Below are positions 14,582-27,303 of a DNA stretch of 60,757 nucleotides, one piece after another. The notes beneath the pieces are model-generated. The model was given only the letters and a program-made list of their open reading frames with translations. It made no database searches and was not told where the DNA came from. The translations under genes were made by a program, and so were the position numbers. Each line of letters starts with the position of its first letter. The stretch's first letter is position 1. This stretch comes from Ancylonema sp. (lineage: Eukaryota): the NCBI GenBank assembly GCA_050230475.1, contig JBFLGF010000142.1, positions 1-60,757 on the forward strand, in the 5' to 3' direction.

Positions 14582-15346
14582 GTGCTCAAATATGCAGTGG
14601 GGGGTAGGGAAATTAGCCCGACCGCGGTTGGCTCGGTAGGGGATAGGGCGGTAGGAAATAATCGGTAGGGAACGGTAGGAAACGGTAGGGAACGGTAGGG
14701 ATCGGTAGGGAAACAGTAGGGAATTAAATATTTCCCGGTACTTTTGTTTTTGGGGGTCGCAAATTATATCTTTGACTTTACTCTGGGAAAAAAATCCCTA
14801 CCGTTTCCTACCGCTTCCTACCGTGTCTCAACCGATTTCCCTACCGCCTACCGCCGCCCTACCCTCGACCGATGCCGGTCGGGCTGAATCCAAAATCGGT
14901 AGGAAGCGGTAGGGGGAGAATACCGAGGTAGAAACCCCCTACAGCGGGCCGAAAATGCGGTGTCACCAACCCTAGAGTGGGCCCAATGTTCTCCGTACGG
15001 CCTCTGTACGGCCTCCACAACAGTGCTGCGAAATTGCGGACACCAATGGCAGCGCAGTCAGCCAGATGGCCGTTTGGCGTTGACTGTCAGGAAATCCTCT
15101 CTTAAATTTGACCCACTACGCCGTTGCCCACTACGCCGACTACCTTTTCAGCTGGTTGTGTCGTCTCCTGCCATCTGATGCCCTGCGTGTCTGACATAGA
15201 TTTGTTAGAGTTCGATCATGCGTCTGGAAAAGTAGCATCTTCATTTCTCGAAGCTTACAAGAGTTTTCATACTACTACTTCCATCATACCACTGAATGTT
15301 TGAGCTTGATATTAAGAATCGCAATAAGATCATTTGTTGTTCCAAT

Positions 15347-18300
15347 ATGGCAGATTTACGCAGATGTCAGTCTCTTCAAACCTGCCATGCTACATCGTCA
15401 TCCCTCATTTTATTTTGGTTCCTCCTCTCAATCTACTTGTCTTCAAATCTGGTACTTATTTCAGCTCAGAGCGTGGGAGCTGGTGCACCTCCTCCTCCGC
15501 AGACGCAGGCAGCAGATGCCGCCACCCTGTTAGCGATCAAAAGTGCTAGAGATTTTAAAGATCCGCACGCTGTAACCACGAGCTGGGACCAGCCTGCGAA
15601 TGTTTGCATCAATTGGAATGGCACCAAGTGCAGGGGTGGCCGAGTGGCATCGATTGCGCTTCCGGGAGCGGGTCTTTCTGGTCAGTTTCCGGGCACTTTC
15701 GGACAGCTCCAGGGACTCACCAGCCTTGATCTTTCTGTAAGTTTTGAGCCTCTCTTTGCCCATTAAATTTTCCTGAAAGCAGAAACTGAGCAGCAACTGG
15801 CAGCAGCCTTGATCTTATATATCAATGATGAGTGTCCCCGTCATGTGAACCACACACGTGTTACGAAGTGAGACGATAGGGCAGCTCTCCATGTGATGCA
15901 GTTTCATAGCTGGTCACCTATCAAATGAAACGATCGCATGCTTGTCTAGTCATCTGTCTCACCGATCTGTTGTCTGGGCTGCATAACTCAATCCTGTATA
16001 ACGCAGTATATGAACATGAGTTTTGATTTCTACAACATTAATCAGTACAATAAATTACTGACAGCTGTACACACTACCTAGGTTTACCGTATCATATGAC
16101 ATGCGTGCATAAGCATTTATGGGATCATCCTTCCACCACCCGTAACCGCCACCCGGTTTCGGAATCGGAAGGCCCTTTCACACTGCAACCGGACTGATTT
16201 GTAGACTCCGTTCAAGAGGGTCGGCCCATGTGTGAAGTTTATGGAGAAAGCAAACAGGCGTTCCACATGCGAATCGTTTCGTTGGCGACACCTGCACCTA
16301 CAGCATGGTCTATTTCTGGCCAAAAAGGGGTGCTGCTCCCATCGTTTAGAGACGTCTGATTCGTTCGATTCTATATCTGTTCATCTCCTCCACGTAACAT
16401 GAGCTGGGATTCGTTTCCCTCCTCAATTACGCACCCTGTCGATAGTACAGTCAGAAAAGTCATCAAAAGTCTCCTGTACAGTCGAAATCATGTCACTGGA
16501 GCAGAAAAGGAAACGTGAACGTCTGCTTGCGCCCAGCCCAAAGACACGAAAACAACAACAATTGTTAAAAATTAAACCCACTCTCTCCCTCCACAACCCC
16601 CACTCCCCTCCCCTGTTCCCTCTCCCCTCCACATCCTTCCTCAACAAACACACACTCACACACTCCCTCCCAACCCCCAACCCCCCCCCTCCCCCCCCCT
16701 CGCCCTCCCAGGGCAACCAATTCAGTGGCAACATCCCCGCCGAGCTTGCCCAGGTCTCCCTGGTCCATCTCTCCGTGGCCAACAACCTCCTCAGCGGCCC
16801 CATCCAGCCCGCCCTGGGCGCGATCCCCACCCTGGAGTCCCTGGACCTGAGCGGGAACAACTTCACGTCCGTGGTCCCCCCCTCCTTCGGCCTGCTGACT
16901 CAGCTCACGTCCCTGGACCTGTCCCACAACGCCCTTATCGGATCCCTCCCAACCGCGCTCGCCAACTGCACCTACCTCACCGCCCTCAACCTGGCCAGGA
17001 ACCAACTGCAGAACGATATCTCGCCGCAACTCCTGATCGGTCTACGCAAGAACCTCACGTTTCTAGACCTTTCCAAAAACGCCCTTACAGGGGACATTCC
17101 CCTGGAGCTCGGTTCCCTGTCCCTCCTCACCTCCCTCGATATAAGCAACAACCAGCTGTCAGGAACCATCCCCCCCGGCATAGGCTCCATCTTCAACCTG
17201 AACACTTTTTCTGCCTCCAACAATCTTCTCACAGGCCCCCTCCCCTCCTCCTTCGTCGAAAACGCCGCCATGGCCGTTATAGACGTATCCCAGAACAGCC
17301 TCACGGGTCCCCTCCCCAACACCTTCTGCAACGGGACAAGTGGCATCCTCACCACCCTCCGCGCGGCCAACAACAACCTGACAGGTGTCATCCCCTCCTC
17401 CCTCGTCCGATGCAGCGCCTTAGCGGATCTGGATCTCAGCAGTAACCTATTCGGGGGCTCCCTCCCGCCCCTCTGCCAACCCGCACTGGCCAACCTCAAC
17501 CTGGCGGAAAATGCCCTCTCAGGCCCCCTGCCTGCGGGATTCGCCAACTGTACCGGCCTCCAGTATTTCACGATCAGGAACAACGTTTTTTCGGGGCCGC
17601 TGCCCGCCGCCCTGGGCAGCCTTCAGGTGTTGAGCGGTATCGTCGCGGGCAATAATAAACTGGGGGGCCCGCTGCCAGCAACCCTTTTTGACAGCCCGAC
17701 GCTAATGCACTGCGACCTCGGCAATAATGCCATCAGCGGCGCAATTCCGGCCCCCACCCTGAAAAGCGTGGGTCTGGAGAGCCTTCTTTACCTCAATCTG
17801 TCGCACAACGCACTCACGGGGCCCATACCAGATCAGCTCGGGAACGTGTCACTCATTATTGAATACGACCTCAGGTACGAATTGGGGTGCTTATTTATTG
17901 TCAATGTATTTGTTTTAATGTACAATAGTTATACTAATATACAACAGATATACAGCAAATATATATATACAAATTACATTTATTGAATAAAATTATTTGG
18001 TAACCATATGCTGTGTGTGAAGACTGAAGTAAGACATCGCGTGGTGGAAGACAGACAGGGAGTGGGGAATGAGGAGCCGATTTCCTCCGAGTTGGATTTC
18101 CCCCCCCCCCCCGAATGTTTATCTATCATCATCACATATCTGTGTGGATACTTTGGATGCTAAGACCTGGTTTCCGAGGTCGCAATCAGCAGATTGCGGC
18201 TATGTGTAAGGAGACTACAGCCCTCAATCCACCACCAGTAGACTCCTCCACCACCACCCAGCTTTGAGTGGAGATTTTGAGAGGCAGGAGGAAGGGGTAG

Positions 18301-20342
18301 AGACGTGTCAGGCAGGGGATGCACAGACAGCCACGTGTCGATAATGACACACAGAGCAGAGGAGAGGAAACAAGTTCCAAAACCAAGAAGAAGAAGGAAA
18401 AAATCCAAGTTATCGTTTCTGCCTGGATGCATGTCACAACAGGCTTGGACCAACTGCGTCTTCCCTCCCTCTCCCAACCCCACCCTCTCACCCTCTCCCC
18501 CCTCCCCCTGTCCCCCCTCCCTCCCTCTCAGCTACAACAGCCTGAGCGGCCCCCTCCCCCCCCTCCTCGTCTCCAACAACTTCACGGATGGTCTTCTGTT
18601 TTTAGACCACAACCGACTCTCCTCGTCCATCCCCCCACTCTCCGCCACGGAACTGACGGGAATCGACCTGTCCTTCAACATGGTGAGAAGCGGACACTGA
18701 GAAACTTGGAACTAATACTTCACAAGTTATAACTTGTAACTTATATCTTATCTCTTACAACCTATGACATATAACGATCAACTTATCACTTATAACTGAT
18801 ATGCTATAGGCTATATCTTATCACTTATAACTTATAACTTCTAGCTTATAAATTATAACTTATATCTTATAACTTACAACTTATAACGATCAACTTCTCA
18901 CTTATAACTGATATCTTATAACTCATGATTATAATTTACAGCCAACAACTTATTCTGCCACTCAGAAATCGAGTTGGTGAAGATGAATCACCAAAGGCGT
19001 GTCAGTGTCACCGTGCGGACGTCCGCAGGTGACGTCGTCGTGCTGACGTCAGCATGTCGTCGGCAGATAGGTCGGTGGTTCCCCCCCCCCCCCCCTTCCA
19101 ACCTCCCCCCCCCTTCCCCCCTGTTTCATTCCCCCCTTGCAGTTCACTGGTGGCCTCCCCGACCTCCCCACCACCCTCCTCTACCTCTCCCTGGAGAACA
19201 ACGGCCTCACGGGCTCATTCTCCGTGAACCTCACCAATGTGCGCGGGCTCCCGAGTGTTGATTTGAGCAACAATGGGCTCACGGGGGAGCTGCCCATCTA
19301 TATCAACTCCTTCACAGGCCTGCTGGCGTTGAACCTATCGGTGAGAGCCACGTGTCTTCACTGTGGTCTGGTCTTCTTTCCGTCTCCCTTTCTATGGGGG
19401 GGAAGGTGGTTGCACGGACTTTCTATGGGAATGTTTGCACGGTTGTATGTGGGTGTGCATGTGGGTATGTATGTTTGTAGGGATCAATGGATATTTATGG
19501 TTTGGGAATATGATCCGGTTCTGGTCATTGATCCAAACAAGGATAGAATTTCGAAACACGAATATGGAAGAGACCGTCCCCCCTATCCAAAAAAAAAAAA
19601 AAAAAAAACGAACGATAATCAAACAAGCCGCGAAGCTAAGTGGCCGTTTGTTTTCCATTTCCAGAACAAGTCCTTCTCCGGCAACGTTCCTCCACAGATG
19701 ACGTCACTCACCACGCTTCAATCCCTCGACATATCTGTAAGTCACCATGTTGCCACGTCACCGTGTCGCCACGTCACCATGCTGTCTACAAGAGGCAAAA
19801 AGAAGAGAAAGGCATCCAACATGATCTAAAATATGAAACTGGTTGATTTTCCCCCCACTCCCATACATTTTATGGATATCTATATTACCAAAAGTGGATC
19901 TATTCCCCTCTCACATTTTGCTAAAGTGGAAGACCACATGCCCCCACCCATCTAATACTTTTTTTTTACCTGGCTGCCCGGCCATGTTTCTCTGCAGATG
20001 AACAATTTCGTGGGCCCCCTCCCCGCTAACTTATCCACCTTCTCCAACCTCACCACCTTCAATTGCGCCCAAAATTCCCTCTCCGGCGCAATCCCGTCCG
20101 GCCCTTTTTCCAAATTCCAACCCTCGGCCTACAGTGGCAACACGGCGCTATGTGGGCCCCCCCTACAAGCTTGCACAAACACACCACCGCCCCCCTACTC
20201 CTCCTCCGCCCCCGCACCATCCCCGTCCGCCGCTGGGAGTCGGGGGCGGGGAGCGAGAAGAGGGTCCTTATTTCAAACCGGGATCGCTTTTGTGGGGGTT
20301 GTTGGGATCGGGCGGTTTTTGGGGCATTTGGAGATGAGGTGA
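15347..20342 (+). CDS. Extracellular LRR receptor-like protein without kinase domain, 6 exons
   Basis: Exons 15347-15736, 16712-17874, 18532-18682, 19143-19340, 19665-19736 and 19998-20342 join in frame (772 aa). Hydrophobic N-terminal segment, plant LRRNT cap (W...C.W.G..C), many LxxLxLxxNxLSGxIP repeats, GNxxLCGxPL C-cap, Pro/Ser stalk and a hydrophobic C-terminal segment. Confidence 0.92.
18718..18952. repeat. Degenerate (TTATAAC)n 7-bp minisatellite in LRR intron 3
   Basis: Tandem ttataac / ttatatc / ttacaac units are directly visible. Confidence 0.85.
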
Positions 20343-21630
20343 TTGAAAGGAAGGGGTAGTGTGGAACATGAAGGGAGAAGAATTTGTTTTTTATTTTGGG
20401 CACTCGTAGAGTCGAAGGTGGAGGTGATGACACGTTGGGCGCGAGATTGGTATGTGACAATGAGTTCCTTCAATTAGTTTTTTATATTTAGTGGTACAAT
20501 TGGTGGAGAATCGGGTGATTGTGCGTACTATTTTTATTACCCAGAAGGAGAGGAGGGGCGGATTCGTAATGTTATTTTGATCGCCCAACCAATTGTTGTG
20601 CAAGGATAGAGTGGCAACATTATCAACGTCTCGGATGGCTAATCCTGTGTAGAGGCATCGTAGGAAAGGAGTTTTTTTTTAGTAGTTGATCTCAAGTTGG
20701 TTTTGAGATTGGTCACACAATCGTGTGTGCACATTTTCGTGACATGGTAACTATGTATGTGATTTTGTATGTGATTAATCGTTTGGATTTCTTTCTTATG
20801 TCAATGTGGTTGTTTGTTCATTGTGCCTTACAATCTAGTATTTGCGTTGCGTTGTGTTGGTATTGCACTTATGCTTTTGTTGGTTCACAAGAATTGTGGG
20901 ACTTTGAGCTACAGCATACGCAATCAATTCTCGTATATGACCCAGAAAAAATCACATCCGGTTACAAACGCGACTATGTAATGAAACAGGCAAATCGAAG
21001 ATGATATATACAACTCCAAAGTGGGTTGGAAGGACCAGCCGGGTTGGATTGGGAAAATGTTTCTTCACGTGCAAGGGCGAAAGATGCCCACTTATTTTGT
21101 ATTTTTTACTCTTGCTATCACCATTACTACTCAAACCCGCAACGACTGGTTTTTGGACGGCGTTCTGATGGGGTCCGAAGTTAGAACCGGGGTGGACTTT
21201 GTAGCCTTCCTATGCAACACGTTGTAGCACGCTAATTACATTAATAGTTATCTTAATATGTAGAGTTATGGAAGGTGTGAAAGTGGGTGAATGAAAATGT
21301 AATATTCACAACATGCATCGAAAAAATATTTGAGTCATTATCACTCTCCGTTTTATACTTCTCATTTTGGTTGGAGAAATTTCAATTATTACTTTTAATT
21401 GAAAAAAACATAAATAATCATGGTACCCTCATCTTGAAGGACGGACCTAGGTCGGGATTAGCCTGGTTGTGGTCCAGGGTTTGCGTAACTATGGTCAACG
21501 ATTGATTGAGACTGGTGTGATCTTGGGTGTTGCATCATAATTGTCGTTGCTTCAAAAGCTCATCCACAAAGAATTTCACGCTTTTCCTCATTACACACTA
21601 CTCTAATGGAATTTCTAAATAGCTTATTAT

Positions 21631-22556
21631 CATAGTTGCACGAACTCCGAACCGTTTCCGAACCGGATCTTAGATGGAACCGGTTCATGAAAAAATGGCC
21701 GCGGTTCGGAACCGGATGATTTAGGGTTTTTTTTACTTAAATGTCATTTCGAGGGGTTATATGGTACGGGAAAAACTGAGAAACAATTTAATTTTGTGTA
21801 GCTCCTCATGCTCTATCCAACAAAAATATCAAACAAATGATGTCCATTGTAAAAAAACTCAAAACGATTTTCCGCATGAGTACAACCTGATGTTTTTTGG
21901 TGCATGTCTGTTTCTAACTGTTTCAAACTGTGTTTCTATTCATGTACAAGTAGTTGAATGAAATGGCTATACCTTTTTCATGAAAAATCCTATGCTCATC
22001 TCCGTTCCATATCTTACTCATTCCCAGTTCCGTGTTATACTTTCATGTGAAAATGTTGCGAGAATATATTTTTACCCGTAATCTAATGGCATCTGAAATA
22101 TGCTTCAACCTTCCATGTATTTTCTCTCTCAAATCGTGCTCCCAAAGCTCTAACACTAATTTTAAAAATTTACTCTTCCCCTCTACCTTCCACATCTCTT
22201 GCTTCTCCAAAGCGAGATGTGTGTGCCTAAGTGGAAGGTGTGGTGGTGTTTTCGGCCAATGAAATTTCACCACTTCCTACCATGGCGCGAAAGAAAGCAA
22301 ATTAAAACTTGCAATGGCCACGCCATATTTCCCCGATGAAATATTCAACAATTTTAGCGTCTGAAAGTGACGTGGAGTCAGCAACATGAACATGTACAAC
22401 GGTATAAATTTCCCCGCGTATGTTTTTTGGGAAGATAAAAATGTTATACCACGGGAAGGGGGGAAACCCTAAAAATCACCCGGTTCGTCCGGTTCCGAAA
22501 CGGTTCCATCTCGGAACCGGTTCCAAAAAAAAAAAAAAACGGTTCGTGCAACTATG
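21631..22556. mobile_element. hAT-type MITE
   Basis: Perfect 15-bp TIR catagttgcacgaac / gttcgtgcaactatg. Perfect 8-bp TSD cttattat (21623-21630, 22557-22564). gaaccg/cggttc subterminal repeats. Confidence 0.92.
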
Positions 22557-22609
22557 CTTATTATTATACCATCAAAACCAAGAAAGTTTGAAGGAAAACA
22601 TATAAGGTA

Positions 22610-22750
22610 CTGGCCACACATAATGACCCTCAAATAATTATGGAAGGGGTTGGTCGAGGCAAATTAAATAATTCATTTTTTTGAAAAAGTGGGTCATTCT
22701 ATGGCTAAATTTATTCGTTTTTGACAACCCGGGTCATTATGTATGGCCAC
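22610..22750. mobile_element. Small Tc1/mariner-type MITE
   Basis: TIR ctggccacacataatgaccc / gggtcattatgtatggccac (18/20), flanked by TA on both sides. Confidence 0.7.
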
Positions 22751-22889
22751 TACAATAAATGAAATGTACTATAATATTATTTTTCAAACAACAACGATCA
22801 CACCTCAATTTTTTTTGTACGTCACTACTTGTGAACCTTGATTTTCCATTTTCATTGCCATTTAGCAGCCATTGCATCTCATATGGTAC

Positions 22890-22973
22890 CATAGTTGGTC
22901 CCGCTCCGCTCGCGGATTTTGCGAGCCCGATCCGAGCTGGCTCGAAAACTTGCTGGCTCGGGGACCAACTATG
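22890..22973. mobile_element. 84-bp hAT-type MITE
   Basis: 13-bp TIR catagttggtccc / gggaccaactatg. Flanks tatggtac / tccggtac (6/8). Terminus shares catagttg with the 21631 element. Confidence 0.65.
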
Positions 22974-23488
22974 TCCGGTACATGAAACGAATGTAACATT
23001 CCAAAACACAAATGCAAACTCGAGTTTCACGAAACACGGCAACATCAATACTACGTACTCCAAATTGGGCCAAATTATCCAAATTATCATCCACAATCGA
23101 TCAAGTCAAACAACACACTCAATCTACTAAAAGCGTAGATTATTACTATATGTTGCTTCGACATTACAGGCACGCATGTACGTACCACTCACGTACATAA
23201 AAGAATTGTGCATATGAGCTTTAACATAAACCAACTTGCAACAAAAACCGAACCTACACCATGGATGCAACACTCATTCATCTAGAAAGCTCTCTAAAAT
23301 TTATCATTTATATAAATGCGCGAGGTTGCTCCACTTGCTCATTTCAGAATCCGTACATTCCAATATGAGCCAAATGATACCATCCCTCCCATGTCCTCAT
23401 ATTGCTTAGTCACCCTCTTGTTGATCTATGAAGTTCCGTCCCATGTTTTACTATCAGATGCCAGAAAACCCCAACTGTACAAAATCAT

Positions 23489-26440
23489 CTATTGATTTCT
23501 CCGCTTTTTTGCGATCAAATAAATTTCCCGAGAAGTCGATCGAGTCGCCTTTGGCCGCAGCCACGCAATCGACTGGAAATGGTGTTTGCACAAATGTGCG
23601 AAATCTGAATCCCGACCATAAAATTAGGAATATTACAAAACTCTACCACCACCGCATCCGATGTTTATATCTTTTTTTCAAAAAAAAAAAAAAAAGTGCC
23701 ATCAGCATTGATTAAGTGTTGAGTGCAAAGTGGGTTTTATTTAAACCAAGTGTCCATTCCACATTTCCACATTCCAATATGCTCACCTACATTTGAACAT
23801 TCGGGCGACTTCTACATCCGAACTACATCACCATCCGAGCAGTTGCAGCTGCTCTATAAGCACACCTCCGAACAAGCTTCACACCATTTTCTGTACATCC
23901 TATGCTTTCAGAGACCTTCTCACAGGTATGGGGGGAAAAAAAAAACCCTCTCTCCTTATCCGAAAGGAAACCCCCAAAACGGCCAGTATGGTTCTTAAAT
24001 TATTTTCCTGCGTGACCTTTTGATTCCCCTAAATCCTTACCCTGAATCCCTGCCCCTTCCAGCAACTTCACCACAAAATGACCGCCACCTGTCAGCACCC
24101 CACGCGAAGCCTCCTCCTCCCCCTCCGCTCCGGAATCATGTTGCCCGTCCGAACCTGCATGCCGACGACGAACCAATGACTATCTGCCAGCTGTCGAATC
24201 GGGCTCACGACCTGATTCCAAATCCGACTCCGGAACCGAGTCCAAATCCTCATCCCCATCCTCATCCCTGTCCTTATCCTCATCCGATTTTAAATCCGAT
24301 ACTGAAGTGACACTGGACTGTGGTGGCAGAAGTGCAAGCAGGAGAAAACAACGGACACATTGGTTTGCTGACGTGGCACCACATTCATGAGGGTGAGGAG
24401 TGACGTTCCAGGTTGCAAGCTCACCGACTGCCAGCTGGAGCGCCTGCTCTGCCAGCTGTAGGGAGAGGGCGACATCTTTGGATCCGACTCCCGAGGTAGG
24501 GGGGCACATGTCAGACAACACCGTGGAAAAGCCCTGGAATCCCCAAAAAGCATCATCAAAGTCAACATCAAAGTCAACAGTCATTCAGATTAGTGTGGAG
24601 GAGAACTGGGATACCAGGGGGGAGGCAGATGGCTTGGAAGATACTCTAAGAGATGCTTTAGAGGATAATAGAAACGATGAGGATCTGACCTTTGGACTGA
24701 AGGAATTCAAGAGTTGGTGTCGAAGAAAGAAGGCATCCTTCCTGATCACTTGGACGCGAGCATCACAGAAGTTTCCAGGAACTTTCACCTCCTTTGCACC
24801 AGACAGCCATGCAATCGTACAGAAGCTTCACTCAGTATCCCATAACCATAACCATAACCATAACCCCATAAGTTATTTCACTTCTTGGTACCATTTTTTT
24901 TAATGCGGTGCATTTTTTATGCTTCAAAATTGGATGATTGGTATCTGGTCGCGGTATACATACTGTAACTAATGTCAGTTTCATACCTACACTTCTACCT
25001 ACACTTGATTGTCTTTTGTCCCTTAGCGTGAATGTTCAAAAGGAGGGTACCGTTAGACCACGGTTTAGGCATGCACGTCCGCCATATGCCAATTGAATGT
25101 CTGGAAGCTTTTCATTCCTCTCGTATGTAAACCTACATTATTACTTATACTTTACTCGATCTATACATTATAATGTAATAAGTAATAACCCTTGGTTATT
25201 ACTTATTACATTATTGCGGTGTTACATAGTTACAAAAAAAACGCAGAAGTAGTAACCACCTTTACTAAGTCTTGATACGTTCCTTACTGCAGCGCAAAAT
25301 GATTTCTCTGTCTATACCCATAATTACATCCATAACCATAATTAGAACCATAAACATGCAAAGGACGTAGACCAGGAGTTCACGAAGTCCCCACCTTGCC
25401 AAACTGCGGACCTTACCGACTACAATTTCAAGAATTTCAATATCCGTTGATTACATCCGTTAATGTAATTGTGGAAACAGGGAGAAATTAAATAGCAAGA
25501 TATAATGAAGAGCTGGAGGTGGGAATGGGAAACCATAGACGACCAAAAGCAGACATAGAGGAACAGTTTTCACCATTGCATTTTTCTGCATTAGTAATGA
25601 CGTCAGAATCGTCAGAATCAATGAGTCCGCGACTCGTGAATCTCGGAGATGATAGGTGATGATGATGATGATGATGACGTGTGAGAGAGGTGACAACTGG
25701 TCGGAGCATAGTGTGAAGAAACTTTGTGCCATGATGTTAAAACAGTGTGCCACGTCAGAGCTGACCTGGATATCTACCCCTACAACCGCTCCTTGTTTTG
25801 CGATAGGGCCCAAAGCCTGACATGCCACCTGGCAGGATCCAGAGCATCCACACAGGTCCAGCTGGTCAGCTGAAATCAAATTTTCTCCCTCGATATCATG
25901 GATATGATTCGGAAAAGTGACAGACACATTTTCTCCCGTCCTCAGCTGCATCGCAAATCGCAGACAACTCACACCACCCCCCCCCCAAATTTCTGAACTG
26001 GTAGCATTCCGAGAGGCTGATGTCCTAATTATCCTGGCGGAGAATGTTTTTCCGCAGTAAGGGCCATGACAAAAACCATCAATGTTTATTTCCGACCTAT
26101 GGTACTTCCCCAGGGAGGGCCCATAATTTGAGTCGTAAAAATAAGGGACCGAAAAAGCCACGGGACAACCACCTGGAGCCAAGCGCCTGGTGCGCAGCCT
26201 AAGTCCAAAACGGTACCTCCCGGCACAATCACCTTATGCCGCTGCTGAATTTCGACCAACTGCGAGCATTCAGGGGAAAAAGCTTGAAGTCCTGAATAAC
26301 TTGACAGAGAGCAGAGAACAAGTTTTAGCGAAATCAACACAAGTGGTCACAAGAAAGGGAACCTTGAAAGCCGATCGTGCCACGTAACCCAGCCTTCGCG
26401 CCTCTTTGAAGTAAAAATCCTGAGGAACGAATGGGGGCAT
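23489..26440 (-). CDS. FtsJ/RrmJ (RlmE-like) RNA 2'-O-methyltransferase
   Basis: Exons on the - strand: 26440-26363, 26259-26173, 25828-25766, 24791-24690, 24533-~24425, ~24301-24212, 24154-24041, 23604-23489. Motifs GYVARSAFKL, VLDLGCAPGAWLQVA, VLSDMCP, GGHFVVKL and RPKATRSTSREIYL (K-D-K-E tetrad). Splicing around the acidic insert is uncertain. Confidence 0.9.
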
Positions 26441-27303
26441 CCCTCAAAACGTCTAAGAATACCATCTCAGGAAATGGTAGAATGTCTTTGGATAGCGGAC
26501 CAAAAGGACCAGTGAAGACTTTGATACCCCGCCTCTGACATGTCAGTTGCAACGAGGTGATCTGAAGCTGCCATATTTGTGCTTAATTGCGCCAGAGAAG
26601 CAAGCGGGTAGCAGCAGGTGGGTGGAGCAAGCATGTAACGACGGGTCCCGGTACGTGGCAGTACCATCGTGGTATCCAGACATCCGTCAACTCCATTTGA
26701 CGCACATAAAGAACTATGTTTGACTTAGCTCTTGCAGTTCACGTGGCTGCATCCATATGGCCACCGTTCGCTGTCAGCATGCAGGTAAGCCAGTTGACAC
26801 GGGAAATTGTTGAATTGTTACTTTAGTTGCCGCGTGGCAGTACCTCACAATGGAAAATCGATGAAGATCACGGCGTTGTCTCAATTAAATTGGTTGACAA
26901 TCTTATTTACGAATCAGATGTGAGAATTGTAATTTTGGGCAGGTAAAAACTTTCATATCGACATTTGTTTGAAAAGTCGGTTTCGCGGAAACGGGCCCCA
27001 TCTCGGACCTCGGATGCCATCGACGTCGTCCACTGCGAGCCCGCCTCAGCTTCCTCGACCAGCTTCTGCGTTGTTACGCACATACTCGAGTTTCTCCCGG
27101 GCGCAGCTGCATATCATGCTCTTTCGAAATACCTGATCCGCACACAACTCTTACAATTCCCTGGTGGATCTTTTTATGCCTTAGTTGCTAATCTTCTAAC
27201 ACGGAGTCGATCGTAGCCGTACACCGTTACGTTCTGTGTTTCATTGCTTGTGCCTCTAATAGTAACAAAAAAAAAACAAAAAAACTATTGAACAGTCTTA
27301 AGC

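Larger units (their letters stand above)
11514..14974. mobile_element. hAT-like non-autonomous element split by a MULE insertion
   Basis: Imperfect TIR tagcgttggcgacaccgc / gcggtgtcaccaacccta. Degenerate 8-bp TSD gcgtgagc / gagtgggc (6/8). Many cggtaggg / ccctaccg subterminal repeats at 11530-11570 and 14600-14940. Confidence 0.7.

Noticed and set aside
16565..17583. Minus-strand ORFs of 154-203 aa
   Set aside because: Antisense shadows of the LRR exon.
23339..23491. Readthrough extension after the FtsJ TAG
   Set aside because: The TAG lies where homologs end and the downstream frame has no protein-like signal. Kept as counter-evidence to global TAG reassignment.
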